Assembly (NCBI GenBank): GCA_011109175.1
Contig: RDEW01000031.1
Span: 392,527-456,526 of the forward strand
From: Dicyema japonicum
Lineage: Eukaryota; Animalia; Dicyemida
DNA: 64,000 nucleotides
Direction of reading: 5' to 3'
Below the pieces are notes generated by a model, which saw nothing but the letters and a program-made list of their open reading frames with translations, was not told the origin of the DNA and searched no databases. The translations under genes and the position numbers were made by a program. Every line of letters starts with the position of its first letter. Within the stretch, counting starts at the first letter, position 1. Below, piece by piece: positions 28,100-40,219 of this stretch.

Positions 28100-30720
28100 T
28101 AATAATAATTTCACTCGTGCAGCATTCAAAACAATCCTCCGAACCAACTTCTTTTAACCTCCTCGATCGTTGGAGAGTTTCCTCAACTCGTCCAGGTCGT
28201 CCCCACTTCTTAAACGTTTGTTCACGAGCTTTAGATCTCCGTCAAGTGTTTCAGGTAGTGTAATACGCCGGCGTCCACGAAAGCACTGTCTCATAAAGTA
28301 GTCCTCCATTGCTATGTTTGCCGGAGCGCCCAAGTCCATACGCAAGATATGTCCAAATAGCCTCCAGCGCATATCAGCAATTTCGAGACTCTGTGGACCC
28401 GTGCAACATTTCTTGTACAGCGATTCCTTTTTTATTCTTGCTGGCCAGTTCAGTCCTAGTAGGGATCTAAGTTGTCTTCGATGGAAAGAGTCTAGTCCAA
28501 GTTGTTCGGTTTTAGACGTTCCCCAGGTCGATGAATTGTACATTAGGATCGGCTTGACAAAGGCTTCATACAGTCTCAAACGAACTGATGTGCAGGATCG
28601 TCGTTTACCAATCCACTTTTTCTTCAACTTGTTTATCGTTACCCAAACGAGGGCCTTCCTTCTGGCAATATCTTGACTGTCTCCAAGTAAAGGGCCAAGT
28701 TTGTTTGTTTTTCGCCATGTTTCACTTGATCTGCTTTCCATTCTCCTGATTTTCACAATGTCAGTTTTTGCGGTTTTCATTCCAAGGAACCATTGGTTCA
28801 GCTCAGCAGAGGCCACCTCGAGGAGTCGAAGTAGGGCCGATTTGTCTTCTGACACAAAGTCGATGTCGTCCGCATGGCTCCATAACATCTGCAATGGATC
28901 TTCCTGTCCTGAATCCACTGTGACTAGGAGATAGATAGTTGTCCACTTGTTCTCTGATTCGGTTCAACGTAACTAAAGCCAGAAGTTTCCGTAAGGTGTT
29001 TAGCAGAATTATTGGACGTAGGTTTTCAACAGACCAGCATGCTTGTTAGGTTTTTGTATTGGTATTAATAGTCCGGATCCAAGAGCTGGGTATTCTTTTT
29101 TTTATAAACATAGAGTTAAGTAGTTTTGCCAACTTGTATGTTAGTGCAGATGGTCCATATTTGACAAGTTCTGAATTGATTCCATCCGGTCCAAAAGAGG
29201 GACCATTCTTAAGTTTGACCATTGCATTTGAGATTTCGCCAGGTGTGATAGCTTTATCAAGTTGGGTGGCGTATCCACAAGATGATCAGATATTTCTCCG
29301 CGGACAGTTAATATATCCTCGAAATACGATGTAATATATTCAGCCTGATCTATGGGATTTGTTAAGAATCTTCCATTTCCGTCATGGAGTTTGAGTTTGT
29401 TCGTTTGTTTTCTTCTGTTGAGCAGACGGATTGCAGTGAACATTTTTGATGAGTCTTAACTGTTCAACTTCTGCAGCTCTTAGATCAAGTAGGTTAGTGG
29501 CGTGCTTCTTATTCAAAATCTTTATGGTTTTCTGGCTGGATCTTCTAGACTTCAAGATTTGTTTCCTGTCCGGATCAGACGTATTTTCCAGTTGTAATCT
29601 TAGTTCCCTTTGTAATTTAATGAGGACGGGAACATCTGGATGTATACATTTTTTAAACAGTGCTGGGGACCAGGTTCCGATACTCCCATTTGCTGCCGAA
29701 AGGATCCATTTCATTGTCTCCGTCCAGGTGCCTCCTGGAGAAAGTCCGGATCCAGGTTTCGGAGAAATTTCGTAACTGATAATTGGTAGTTGTCTCTGAT
29801 CGATGTAGAGTAGCACAGTTGTTCCATTTATAGTTTCTTCTTACATCTAAGTTTGGCTCTCTTCTTATTAAGTTAGTCAAAGTCCTCATTGTGAACTTGG
29901 AAGAGACTATCTTGTGATTACTGTTGATAGATGCACCTCCGTAAGACCTCGAGTCAGGTAGGAGTGATTTTTCTTTGACTCGGCAGATGATGTAGTCGAT
30001 TTGATTGAAAATGTTAATAGAGCCTTTGGTAGGTAAAAGTCGTTGCTTAGTCCATGTCGTTTTATGACGTGCGGGATGTTGGAAACCAGTATTACATAGG
30101 AACAGATCAAATGCCTGGCAAAACTCTGCCAAGATGGTTCCGGGGAAGTTTCTGATTCCTCTTCCGTGCTGGCCAATGAAGCTTTCATTTCCTCACGGGT
30201 TCCCACTTTCGCATTCCAGTCCCCGGCAATAAACAATAAGTATGATGAACAGAGGTCTGTTAATGTCCTTCCCAATTCCTCGTAGAACAGGTCAAGTTCT
30301 TCCGGATTTTTTAGGATACGTCCACTGTGTAGTGCGTAAACGTTAATAATTGAGATTAGTCTCCTCGAATTTCTGCTTGATCTTGTACGTAGTTGTAAGA
30401 CACTGATTCTGTCATTGACTTTCCAGTAACGATATACTCTCGGAATATAGTCCTTGTGTATGGCAAAGCCTTGTCCATAATGCCTAGATTCCGAGGGAAG
30501 CAATAGTAATCTGTAATGTGTTTCATCGAGTCCATTTTTTATTTTAGTCTCCTGCAGGCATACAGAACCCCGGTATTTCTCAACATCGGAACATAGAAGC
30601 TGCCTCTTAGCCACGTTATTCAGGCCTCTGACAATGAAGGTTAGGATAGTCAGGACATTAAATTGTTCTGAATCCTTTGCAGACATCGGTGCAAGAGAGG
30701 CACGTCACCACCTCAAGCAA
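28100..30720 (-). mobile_element. Near full-length RTE-like LINE with internal RT deletion
   Basis: APE ORF 29907-30686 (CLQETK, NVYA, GDWNAKVG), NLRPIILLN, HADD, LFGHILRM; (TTA)n tail; RT segment from QxGFR to PQG is missing. Confidence 0.9.
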
Positions 30721-32039
30721 ATAATAATTTAATTAACATAAAAACGGTTTAATTAACATCTCCCAATCTTCGTATCTGAAAATATTGTAAAAGTCAAAAA
30801 TGGTTGGTTTATATTTTTTGATTCTTCAGTAAATACCGACTAATACAAAGTTCTAACCATTCAACAAGTCTTCCTACATTAAACCCAATGTGTTTACCCC
30901 TCGTGGATTCGACTCCCTTCTCTTTTGGCTTTTGGAGAGTACGGTACCATAATTACATCAAAACAAGTACTGTCTTCTGAGTTAATTCTGAGTTGCCAAA
31001 AGGCATCCATTCTGTGGTGCTTAGAAGACTCTCAACTATACCGTAAAGGACTTGCCCACTTTTGCATTTCTATCTTCAGCAACGAGCAGAGTACGGGACA
31101 ACAATAAACCAATGAAGCATGGTAGAAGACAGAGTAGAAAGAATTTTGAGATAAATGACGAATTGATCTTTTATAGCGACCCATGATGGCTGTAGTTCAT
31201 GGGATCTCGATAAAATAGTGCGATTTCTGTTTAAAAAAAGTTTATCTTGGCCACAAACCGTGCTAATTTTACTTTCCTCGGATCCATGTTTGTCGTTTCT
31301 TCAAAGCTTACTCCCAAAACCTCTGCTATAAAGAGTATCCATTCATAGAATTCAATTTTCTCCTCATTTCATAAATCGTAGTATCCTTAGAATTGAGTGA
31401 AGACGGACAGAAAAAATGAATTTAAAAAAAATTCAAGAAATGAGGTTTTTTGTATACAGAGTTTTTATGGATGAGACAAAGTTAATTTTAAAAATACTAA
31501 TTTATTAGCAATTTCCGAATCAACAGATCCCTGCTAGTGACTCCTGAAGTGTTTGGCCGCACATGGCGGATAGCCGAGTATTACTATAAAATTGGGTTTG
31601 CTTAAGAAATTGTCAAAGTAAACAATAATATTGTGAACCTGGCGAATTATAATATAAAAGAGCCTGTTGAAGAAAAGCTCAGATTTGATGAATAGTCATC
31701 ACTGAAGGCTGAATTTTAAATTTTCCATTGAAAGAGATCTCTTACCCAATCTTCGACTTACTAACCTCCTATAATGTAGTCAACTCATTAAACGGCTGCG
31801 TTGTTCATACGGTATTTGAATCTGAATACGACACTTCCATCCTTTGCTCAGAACTAGGGATTTTTATGAAAATTATACCAAATCAGTCCTGCGATAAATA
31901 AACAAGTAGGCTAGCTGGTTAATAACAACTTGAGCTGATAACAGTAATTTAAATTATTCCTATCTGATAAATTTTTGAAAAATTACTGAGTGCAGTTTTT
32001 TACCAAATTTTTGAGCTAAACCTAAGGACAGTAGTAAAT

Positions 32040-32480
32040 GATCCATGATTGTCAAGAACACCAAGAGATGGAGTAAACCAACTAATTAAGTGATCCCGGT
32101 ACGCCTCAACAGGATCGATAGGTTTTTCCTATGTTCCTCCAGAGTACCCACGGCTTTCCTGAATAGACGACGATCATCTTTCATTAGAGTTCGAAGAGAG
32201 GTGGGTTTTTTCCCAAATTTCGTGTATTTGAGGCCTCTATCCTTGAATGGAAGAAACGACTTTTTCTTGGCCACACAGACAGATGAAGCCGGAGCCATTA
32301 TTTTTGATTGCGGCGTGGTCAAGCATTGGGGGGAAAGATCGGGGGTAGATTCGTTAGACGTGTCAGTTTGCCAATTAGGGAATTGATCTTGAATGAATTT
32401 GATATCGAAGCTCCATAGGCCCATGAGGCACAAGCATACTCAATCGTCGGTTTTAGGAGTTGATTGAACAAGACGACAGC
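32040..32480 (-). mobile_element. Ingi/Vingi-like LINE family B, 3' part
   Basis: KPTIEYACASW and ...RTGIT* followed by hairpin. Confidence 0.8.
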
Positions 32481-32489
32481 GCATTCCTG

Positions 32490-33095
32490 TGACGGCCTGG
32501 AAGTCAAATTCGTGATTGTGAGAGATTCCTTCTTTGGGAAATTCAAAATTATGATCTGTTCTTAGGCTTCCTCTGCATCCTTGTGAAGATTTTTTCACAC
32601 ATTTAAAAATTATATAGTTTTTTGTCACCGAGTGTTTTGTATACATAAAACCCTTAAACAAATTTTCTTTCCTCCTTTGTTAGTTGATATTATCTCCATT
32701 TTGTCTCTTATGTTTGCGGCAAGCATAATATTTAAAATACGCTTAATTATAACCTTGAAATCCGTAAATTGATTAAGTCAAAAAGATTAAACCAAAGCGA
32801 AAAAAGTCAAGTCAATTTTATTATTACCTTGAAATTTTTAAATTGATTTAGTCGAAGCGATTATACCAAAGCGGAAAAAAATTCAAGTCCGCTAACGAAA
32901 TCACGGACTTGACTTTTTTTCCGTTTTGCGCTAAAATTCGAAAATTTATAAGAGAAAATTTAAGATAATTGGAAAAAAGTCAAGTGTTGAAAAAATTATT
33001 AAAAATTAAAAGATGCTATTAGTATTACAAAAATGCGATGTAAACTAGAAAAGACGACTTGACTTTTTTTTCCGCTTGATTTTTTTTCCGCATTC
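32490..33095 (-). mobile_element. MULE-like fragment: FLYWCH domain and repetitive terminus
   Basis: FKGFMYTKH...FKC...CRGSL...HNH; tandem and inverted GCGGAAAAAA(AG)TCAAGTC subrepeats at 32750-33090. Confidence 0.6.
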
Positions 33096-33099
33096 CATT

Positions 33100-34290
33100 A
33101 TTTCATTAGGTTGTTAGCTTGCACATTGTATTTGGAGCAGAAATAGATTCTGATTCATCTGATAAGTTTAGCTTGATACGACGAATAGTTTTCCATAAAA
33201 GACTCGTGGATTTCATATGTCCAATAGATGATAGGCGGTTCCACGCCCTATCTTTCTTTTCTCTGATGAGCTTTGTAATTCTCTGATTTAAGCATTTTAT
33301 ATTTTCCAAATCAGAAGAGGTTTGCAGATCAGGGAGTTTCTTTGTTTGACGAGGAGACGAGTCTTTGAGTCCAGAGTAGGCTTGTAGGATTTTAAACTGC
33401 ACGTGGTACAAACAACTTTTCAGCTTGAAGATTACACGGTTTAGATGGTCCACTGCTTTGTCGATGGAGCAAAATGAGGTGGGATCATAATGTATTAGGT
33501 TATGGTCAATGAAGAGCTTGAAATTCGACCAGTCAGCTTTCTTGTAGACTTTGAAGGTTGCGTTAATTCTACGTGAGTTATTGAATCGACTCAGTTTTAA
33601 TATAATCGGATTATGATCACTATGAAAATCGTCAGTAAAGACGTACCATGAAATCTTGGGGCAATCCTAGAGGAAGCAAAAGATATGTCGGGGGAGGTTG
33701 AATTGTCATTTCTTCGGATAGGTGTCCTTGTGAAAATTCGGGTGATTTAGAATCACCATTTTTTGGAGAGAGTCGATAATTAGACTCCCCCTCTTGTCTG
33801 CCGACTGAATATTAAGCCATTGCGGATGTTTGGCGTTGAAATCCCCACATAGTAACAAATTTCAAATTTCTTGTAGTTTGTCGAGCTTCGGAACATAGTT
33901 ATTAGGACAGAATCCCGGCGGTGGAATGTAAATGTTGAATAAGATGTTCTGACCCATTAATAAGATCAATAGAAATTTGTTCCGCGGTCTGTCGTGTAGA
34001 ATTAAATCATCCACCTGCGAGCTCACATCGTGGAAGGATAAACCGTTTTTAATAATGGTGAGTAAGCCGCCACTACGTCCAATACGGTCTTTTCTGATAG
34101 AGATGTATCCAGGAAAAAGTGTTCATTATCTCCAGAAAGCAATAGAATCCAGAGGAACAAACAACATATCGAGTTTCCAGTTGAGGTATACCATCCAGGC
34201 ATAAGGAGTCTAAATGGGGAAGAGCAAATGGTTCTTTTTGGTGTATTACTACACTGAGCGCCACCACAAAAGGTTAATCACATGACGCCA
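33100..34290 (-). mobile_element. Ingi/Vingi-like LINE family B, 5' part (APE and linker)
   Basis: FNIYIPPPG, GDFNAKHPQW, SDHNPII and YKKADWS in shifting frames; 5' end homologous to 51860-51925. Confidence 0.8.
34228..34289 (-). ncRNA. Putative decayed HDV-like ribozyme at LINE 5' end
   Basis: Nested P1/P2/P3/P4 order with G1-U wobble, GUAA-capped P4 and a C starting J4/2; hand-folded. Confidence 0.5.
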
Positions 34291-34329
34291 CGTTCCATAA
34301 TCCAACGCGTCTTGCTTTTGCGCGTGACA

Positions 34330-35500
34330 CACATGACGTATAGATTACAGAAAGAGCAAATATTAAAACAAAAATAAGAGAAGCCATAAGTCTGAAAACA
34401 AAGAATAAAATACTCGATCAGATTAAAATGATTGAAACCCTCAAGGACAATGGATAGTGAGGATGTTAGACAAATTAGAAGCAAAGTACTGAAATACCAG
34501 TACCTTTTCGGGACGACCAATTAGAGAGATCATAAATCAAGTGAAAATGGCAGAGCATATCGTTGACCACTTTGAAAAATTGTTCAAATCAAATGAATAT
34601 GGTAGGATAGGACTGCTCCAGAAAAATGCGAACTTGAAGAGAAAATAGTCCTACAAGAAGTACATGTAATAAGCTCATAAATTAAAAAAATGNATAAGAG
34701 AAGCCATAAGTCTGAAAACAAAGAATAAAATACTCGATCAGATTAAAATGATTGAAACCCTCAAGGACAATGGATAGTGAGGATGTTAGACAAATTAGAA
34801 GCAAAGTACTGAAATACCAGTACCTTTTCGGGACGCCCAATTAGAGAGATCATAAATCAAGTGAAAATGGCAGAGCATATCGTTGACCACTTTGAAAAAT
34901 TGTTCAAATCAAATGAATATGATAGGATAGGACTGCTCCAGAAGGGGGCGAACTTGAAGAGAAAATAATCCTACAAGAAGTACATGTAATAAGTTCATAA
35001 ATTAAAAAAATGACAAGAAGTTCTTACTGCTATATTGGAGGAAATTCCCGGGAAGTTGGCTGAATGGTCCTAACGATAAACCTGAAGTCACAGAACNGAT
35101 AGGACTGCTCCAGAAGGGGGCGAACTTGAAGAGAAAATAGTCCTACAAGAAGTACATGTAATAAGCTCATAAATTAAAAAAATGACAAGAATTTCTTACT
35201 ACTATATTGGAGGAAATACCCGGGAAGTTGGCTGAATGGTCCTAACGATAAACCTGAAGTCACAGAACTAAGATGAGAGGAAATGAAAACGAAGGAGTTT
35301 TGGCGCAAAATCAAAATGCTGGGCACCCTTCTCAGAGACAGTGAAGTGACATAAAAAGAAGAAAAACATTATCAAATGTAGCACTGCGCAAAATCAAGAA
35401 AATTTAATTTGTGGATGCAAGAGTCCGCCTGTACAACGTACTTGCCAATACTCTTGTATAACGTGGGCAGTTAGACTTTACCACGTGCTATGACATAGAG
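34330..35500 (+). mobile_element. RTE-like LINE fragments, partly duplicated by assembly
   Basis: KMLGTLL...RVRLYNVL motifs at 35270-35480; linker remnants duplicated across the n at 34693. Confidence 0.5.
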
Positions 35501-36183
35501 TAAGTACGTATAATAATTTCTAAAGTGAAGTAATAAAATGAGTAAACACAAATAATCATCATTAAAGCTATTATAATCGAGTTTAAGAAGCACGTGGACA
35601 AGCACATGGTCTTATACTGATTCTGAGGCTGTTTAACGCATAAAACTGAATTGTTGTTCAACTGGAAAAAGTAGGCAGTAATATTATTTAAATTCTGGGT
35701 CTTGTGGTGATGGCGTTGGATTTGGAAGTCAGGAGTGGCTAGCAAGACCCTCTCCTATGTGAAAGGACAAAATTGATTTTATTAAAAAAAAACTCGCTCT
35801 TAGTGAAGAGGACATTATAAATGTGTCTAATTTAACGGTTCGGTTTTAGGGAGATATTTCGTGTGATATTATTTCTCTAGAGTTATCCCTTNCTGGAAAA
35901 AGTAGGCAGTAATATTATTTAAATTCTGGGTCTTGTGGGGATGGCGTTGGATTTGGAATTCAGGAGTGGCTAGCAAGACCCTCTCCTATGTGAAAGGACA
36001 AAATTGATTTTATTAAGGAAAAACTCGCTCTTAGTGAAGAAGACATTATAAATGTGTCTAATTTAACGGTTCGGTTTTAGGGAGATATTTCGTGTGATAT
36101 TATTTCTCTATAGTTATCCCTTGATCCTTGTGCTCTTTCATTGATGTCATTCATTAATTTCAATCTTGTATCTTCTTTATCGA

Positions 36184-36370
36184 TTAAATGATTGTGATTT
36201 TTTCCTGTTTCAGTATCATCCCAGTTGATGATATTAAAAGAAATGCTGAACATTTCAAGATACGTTTTCTACAACGACATCTGGTATTTTCTCCAACAAT
36301 TTTGTTTTTATTATAGAGAAAATTTTCGTGAACTAAAATCTCTCCACCTCGCGTATAGGCTAAAAACAGT
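36184..36370 (-). mobile_element. FLYWCH/MULE N-terminal fragment
   Basis: TRGGEILVHENFLYNKNK...RC...KCSA. Confidence 0.55.
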
Positions 36371-36810
36371 CGATCTTGTCTCAGCATCGGCATGGATGTG
36401 GAACACATACTTTTAACCCAAGTCGCAATGAGATCCTAATACTGAGGTATTTATCATCCAGGAATGTACCCAGAACTCCATTGGGAATAGCGTTGAGCCA
36501 GGCACCGCTCTCGGAAGACGCCCCCGACAACAAACAGGAACGGCAATGTTGGCTAGATGACACTAGCAAATCTTTGAAAGAATTCCAGCAGATAGCATCG
36601 TCCAAGTTTCGTTGAGAGAACGAGGAAGGCAGGGAAAACTGATAAGTGCGGCTTCACGAGCATGGCCGGCGACCATTCAATAGAGAATTCAGGTAGAGAG
36701 TGTAAGATCCTCTTGACATGGGAGTTACAGGCCACTAGCGATGATAGGTATGAAGGGAGTGAAAGGTCCACAGGGTTGCGAATTCCAACTCCTCCAAGTC
36801 TCACTGACAG
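36370..36810 (-). mobile_element. CRE-clade retrotransposon fragment
   Basis: RLGGVGIR...SYLSS and SGAWLNAIP...LRLGLKVCVPHPCRC. Confidence 0.75.
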
Positions 36811-37403
36811 CGTGGCTTGCTTCCATGAGTAATTTTCGAACAGGATGTTGAAGATGCGTTTCGCTGACGAACGGAAGATCTCGTGCGTCTCTGTTTGAGA
36901 ACTTATTCTTTATGACCACCATAAAAATAGATGGAAGGTCCTAGTTGCGGTGAGGTCACAAAATACTTCCATTAAAAAATACAAAATTAAAATTATATTC
37001 AAATTTTTATCCACAATATGTCAAATCTCGAAAATGGAATGAAAAGATCCATTCTTGCCAAACAATAATAATCAAATATTCAATCATGGATTTTTTGTTA
37101 ATAAAAAATCATTCCTATTTGAAGCCTAACCTGAACTTTTAAATATTTCTTCTTTCCTTCAATTCTTTTTTTGTCAGTTTTTTTCAAAAATTGCAGAACC
37201 TTAATCAACCATAACTCGACACAGGTTTCATGCTTTCTACATAAAACTAATTAAAGTCTTAAACGATCACGCCTTTCTATAATTAGTATATCGAACTTGA
37301 AAATGAAGTAAACAACAGGTTATGGAATATCTATCAGTACGCCGGTTGGCCTGGACTGTTCATCCGGGTACCCCTTTTCCTTGCTAACCGTCCATTTGCT
37401 AGT

Positions 37404-37960
37404 CTAGGCACATACACATCCTAATTTCATCTCCAGAACGTTGTAGGTACAAAGCCAGTAAGCCCATCTCCAGTTAGTTCTCCCTTTGTAGGTCCTTTCC
37501 CCAGTATGTTCTTCCACAGTGGTCCCAACCGTCCTGTAGGGGCCGATAATGTGGTTAACAAATTTACATGAAGATTCCAATTCGAATGTAGGGAACAATT
37601 GGTGTGGGTACCCCCTGTAGGTCTTAACTCCAGTATGTACTTCCACAGTAGTCTCAGGTCCCGTAGGGATCAATAGTCTGGGTAACAAAGTTCCGTGTAG
37701 ATCCGGATACGAATGTAGGGTTCAATTGAAGTGGATACTAGGTCCAACTTGGAATATATCCGGAGATTTTGACTCTTTGGCTACTGCGTCCCCCAAAAGG
37801 TTCCTTCGTCTTGTAGAATATGTCCATTCGGCCCGTAATATGTTTCTCCACCTTGTAATATGTTCCTTCGTCTTGTAGAATAAGTTCAATCGACGTGTAA
37901 TACGCTTTTCGCCTTGAAAAGATTCCNTCGCCTTGAAACTCTTTTGACTTGAGATAATAA
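37404..37960 (-). pseudogene. Disrupted ORF with two diverged ~125-nt tandem units
   Basis: Units YPxQLxPTF...PY...TTVExHTGxxTYxG; the first unit has a stop and frameshift; an n-join lies at 37927. Confidence 0.3.
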
Positions 37961-38075
37961 AGTAGCACCAGTTTATTATTTTTTACTTAATATATTAACA
38001 AATTTTCTTAAATTTTTAATATTAACAATTTTCTTAATAATCAAATTTATTTAAAAACACAAAATTTGTTCAGGA

Positions 38076-38851
38076 ATGATTTTTATGATTTTGTCAATTT
38101 TGTTCTTTAAGATTCTCAATGATTCAGAAAATATAACCGAAATTGCATTGTAAGTATAATTTCAGTAATTCAAGGGATAAATTCAATTCAATGGATAAAA
38201 ATAAAAACGGTAAAGTCGGAAAAAATGAATTCGTATATTACACAAAAGAAATGGGTTTCAACCGAATCTTGGAAAAAAACAAAAAACTATTCACAGACAA
38301 CAACATCACAGGCATGAACATTTCTCAATTGACAACTATTATGAAAATAGAGATCCCTGAAAATATATTTGAGACTCATGATTTGAACAAAGATGGAGTT
38401 ATCTCTCCGGAAGAACTGGTTTCTATATTGGATCCAGAAATCGATATAAATTACCAAATAATAAACGCCATGGTAATAATGTGCGGTTAATGTCCTTTTA
38501 GAATTTTTTTATGGAGTTTTACGACAAAAATAATGACGGGATCCTCGATTTGGAGGAGTCAATTGGTTCTCGTTAAACTTAGTTTAGCGTGCAAACATTT
38601 GAATTTATATGCGTATGACACGGATGGAGACAACGTGCTTACAACAGAAGAATTAAAGCCTCTTGTGATTCAAAAATATGTAGACAATCGTCAAATAGAC
38701 AGAATATTCAACCAAATTGATTTGGATAAAGTTGGTGAATAAATATTCATGTTAGAATAATTACATCTCCTTCGGTGAATACGTAGAAATGTTCAAAAAA
38801 GACCGAACATCAAAATCCTATGAAAATTTAGAATTCGACAAAGAATTATAA
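38076..38851 (+). CDS. Secretory-pathway multi-EF-hand Ca2+-binding protein (CREC/calumenin-like), 4 introns of 25-29 nt
   Basis: Hydrophobic N-terminus; EF loops DKNKNGKVGKNEF, DLNKDGVISPEEL, DKNNDGILDLEDL, DTDGDNVLTTEEL, DLDKNNYISFGEY; C-terminal FDKEL*. Confidence 0.88.
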
Positions 38852-39378
38852 TTCCAGTTTGTGATTATTTGGTTTTGATGATTCAATCCTCTTTATTTTT
38901 ATCCATGAATTAATACCAATTTGAAGCCACAATCAATTCCTCGAAATAGTTAGAGACTTGAATCCGACTCAATTATTAACCTTTGAGCGAGATCAATGTT
39001 GGTAAATTTATAGTTTCCCAGGGTGAGTTTTTTCTCAAATACTAAGCTCAGACTCTCAAACAATGTCCATCTTCCAAATATTGATATTGTTGTCCTGTGT
39101 GATCACCACATATTCATGTTCCATTCGTTTGCTTTCAATGGTTCTCTTGATCACTAGAGTAGGTTATATTCACTTTAGCATCATGAACTAACTCACTTAT
39201 CCGCAGATTATCTTAATGTTCTCTACTTATTAGTTTTGATGACAATCCCAATTGCTATTAATGATATTTTTAATCGTTTTATCAAACACAAAGTCTTATT
39301 ATTGAATGACCAGATATTCACAATAAAAATCGATAATAAAAGTATGAAATTTTTAATAATAAACATTATGCTCAAACT

Positions 39379-40219
39379 NNNNNNNNNNNNNNNNNNNNNN
39401 NNNNNNNNNNNNNNNNNNNNNNNNNNNNNNNNNNNNNNNNNNNNNNNNNNNNNNNNNNNNNNNNNNNNNNNNNNNNNNNNNNNNNNNNNNNNNNNNNNNN
39501 NNNNNNNNNNNNNNNNNNNNNNNNNNNNNNNNNNNNNNNNNNNNNNNNNNNNNNNNNNNNNNNNNNNNNNNNNNNNNNNNNNNNNNNNNNNNNNNNNNNN
39601 NNNNNNNNNNNNNNNNNNNNNNNNNNNNNNNNNNNNNNNNNNNNNNNNNNNNNNNNNNNNNNNNNNNNNNNNNNNNNNNNNNNNNNNNNNNNNNNNNNNN
39701 NNNNNNNNNNNNNNNNNNNNNNNNNNNNNNNNNNNNNNNNNNNNNNNNNNNNNNNNNNNNNNNNNNNNNNNNNNNNNNNNNNNNNNNNNNNNNNNNNNNN
39801 NNNNNNNNNNNNNNNNNNNNNNNNNNNNNNNNNNNNNNNNNNNNNNNNNNNNNNNNNNNNNNNNNNNNNNNNNNNNNNNNNNNNNNNNNNNNNNNNNNNN
39901 NNNNNNNNNNNNNNNNNNNNNNNNNNNNNNNNNNNNNNNNNNNNNNNNNNNNNNNNNNNNNNNNNNNNNNNNNNNNNNNNNNNNNNNNNNNNNNNNNNNN
40001 NNNNNNNNNNNNNNNNNNNNNNNNNNNNNNNNNNNNNNNNNNNNNNNNNNNNNNNNNNNNNNNNNNNNNNNNNNNNNNNNNNNNNNNNNNNNNNNNNNNN
40101 NNNNNNNNNNNNNNNNNNNNNNNNNNNNNNNNNNNNNNNNNNNNNNNNNNNNNNNNNNNNNNNNNNNNNNNNNNNNNNNNNNNNNNNNNNNNNNNNNNNN
40201 NNNNNNNNNNNNNNNNNNN
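39379..40219. other. Assembly gap (841 N)
   Basis: Run of N; ORFs crossing it are artefacts. Confidence 1.

Noticed and set aside
30660-30720. HDV-like ribozyme at the RTE 5' end
   Set aside because: Only a possible P4/J4/2-like half is present; there is no upstream P1 or P2 partner strand
34373-35270. Tandem duplications of ~320 and ~170 bp
   Set aside because: The main junction is a single n at 34693 with near-identical flanks, typical of overlapping contig ends joined by a scaffolder
35655-36120. About 225-bp direct duplication
   Set aside because: Separated by a single n at 35892; likely an assembly artefact
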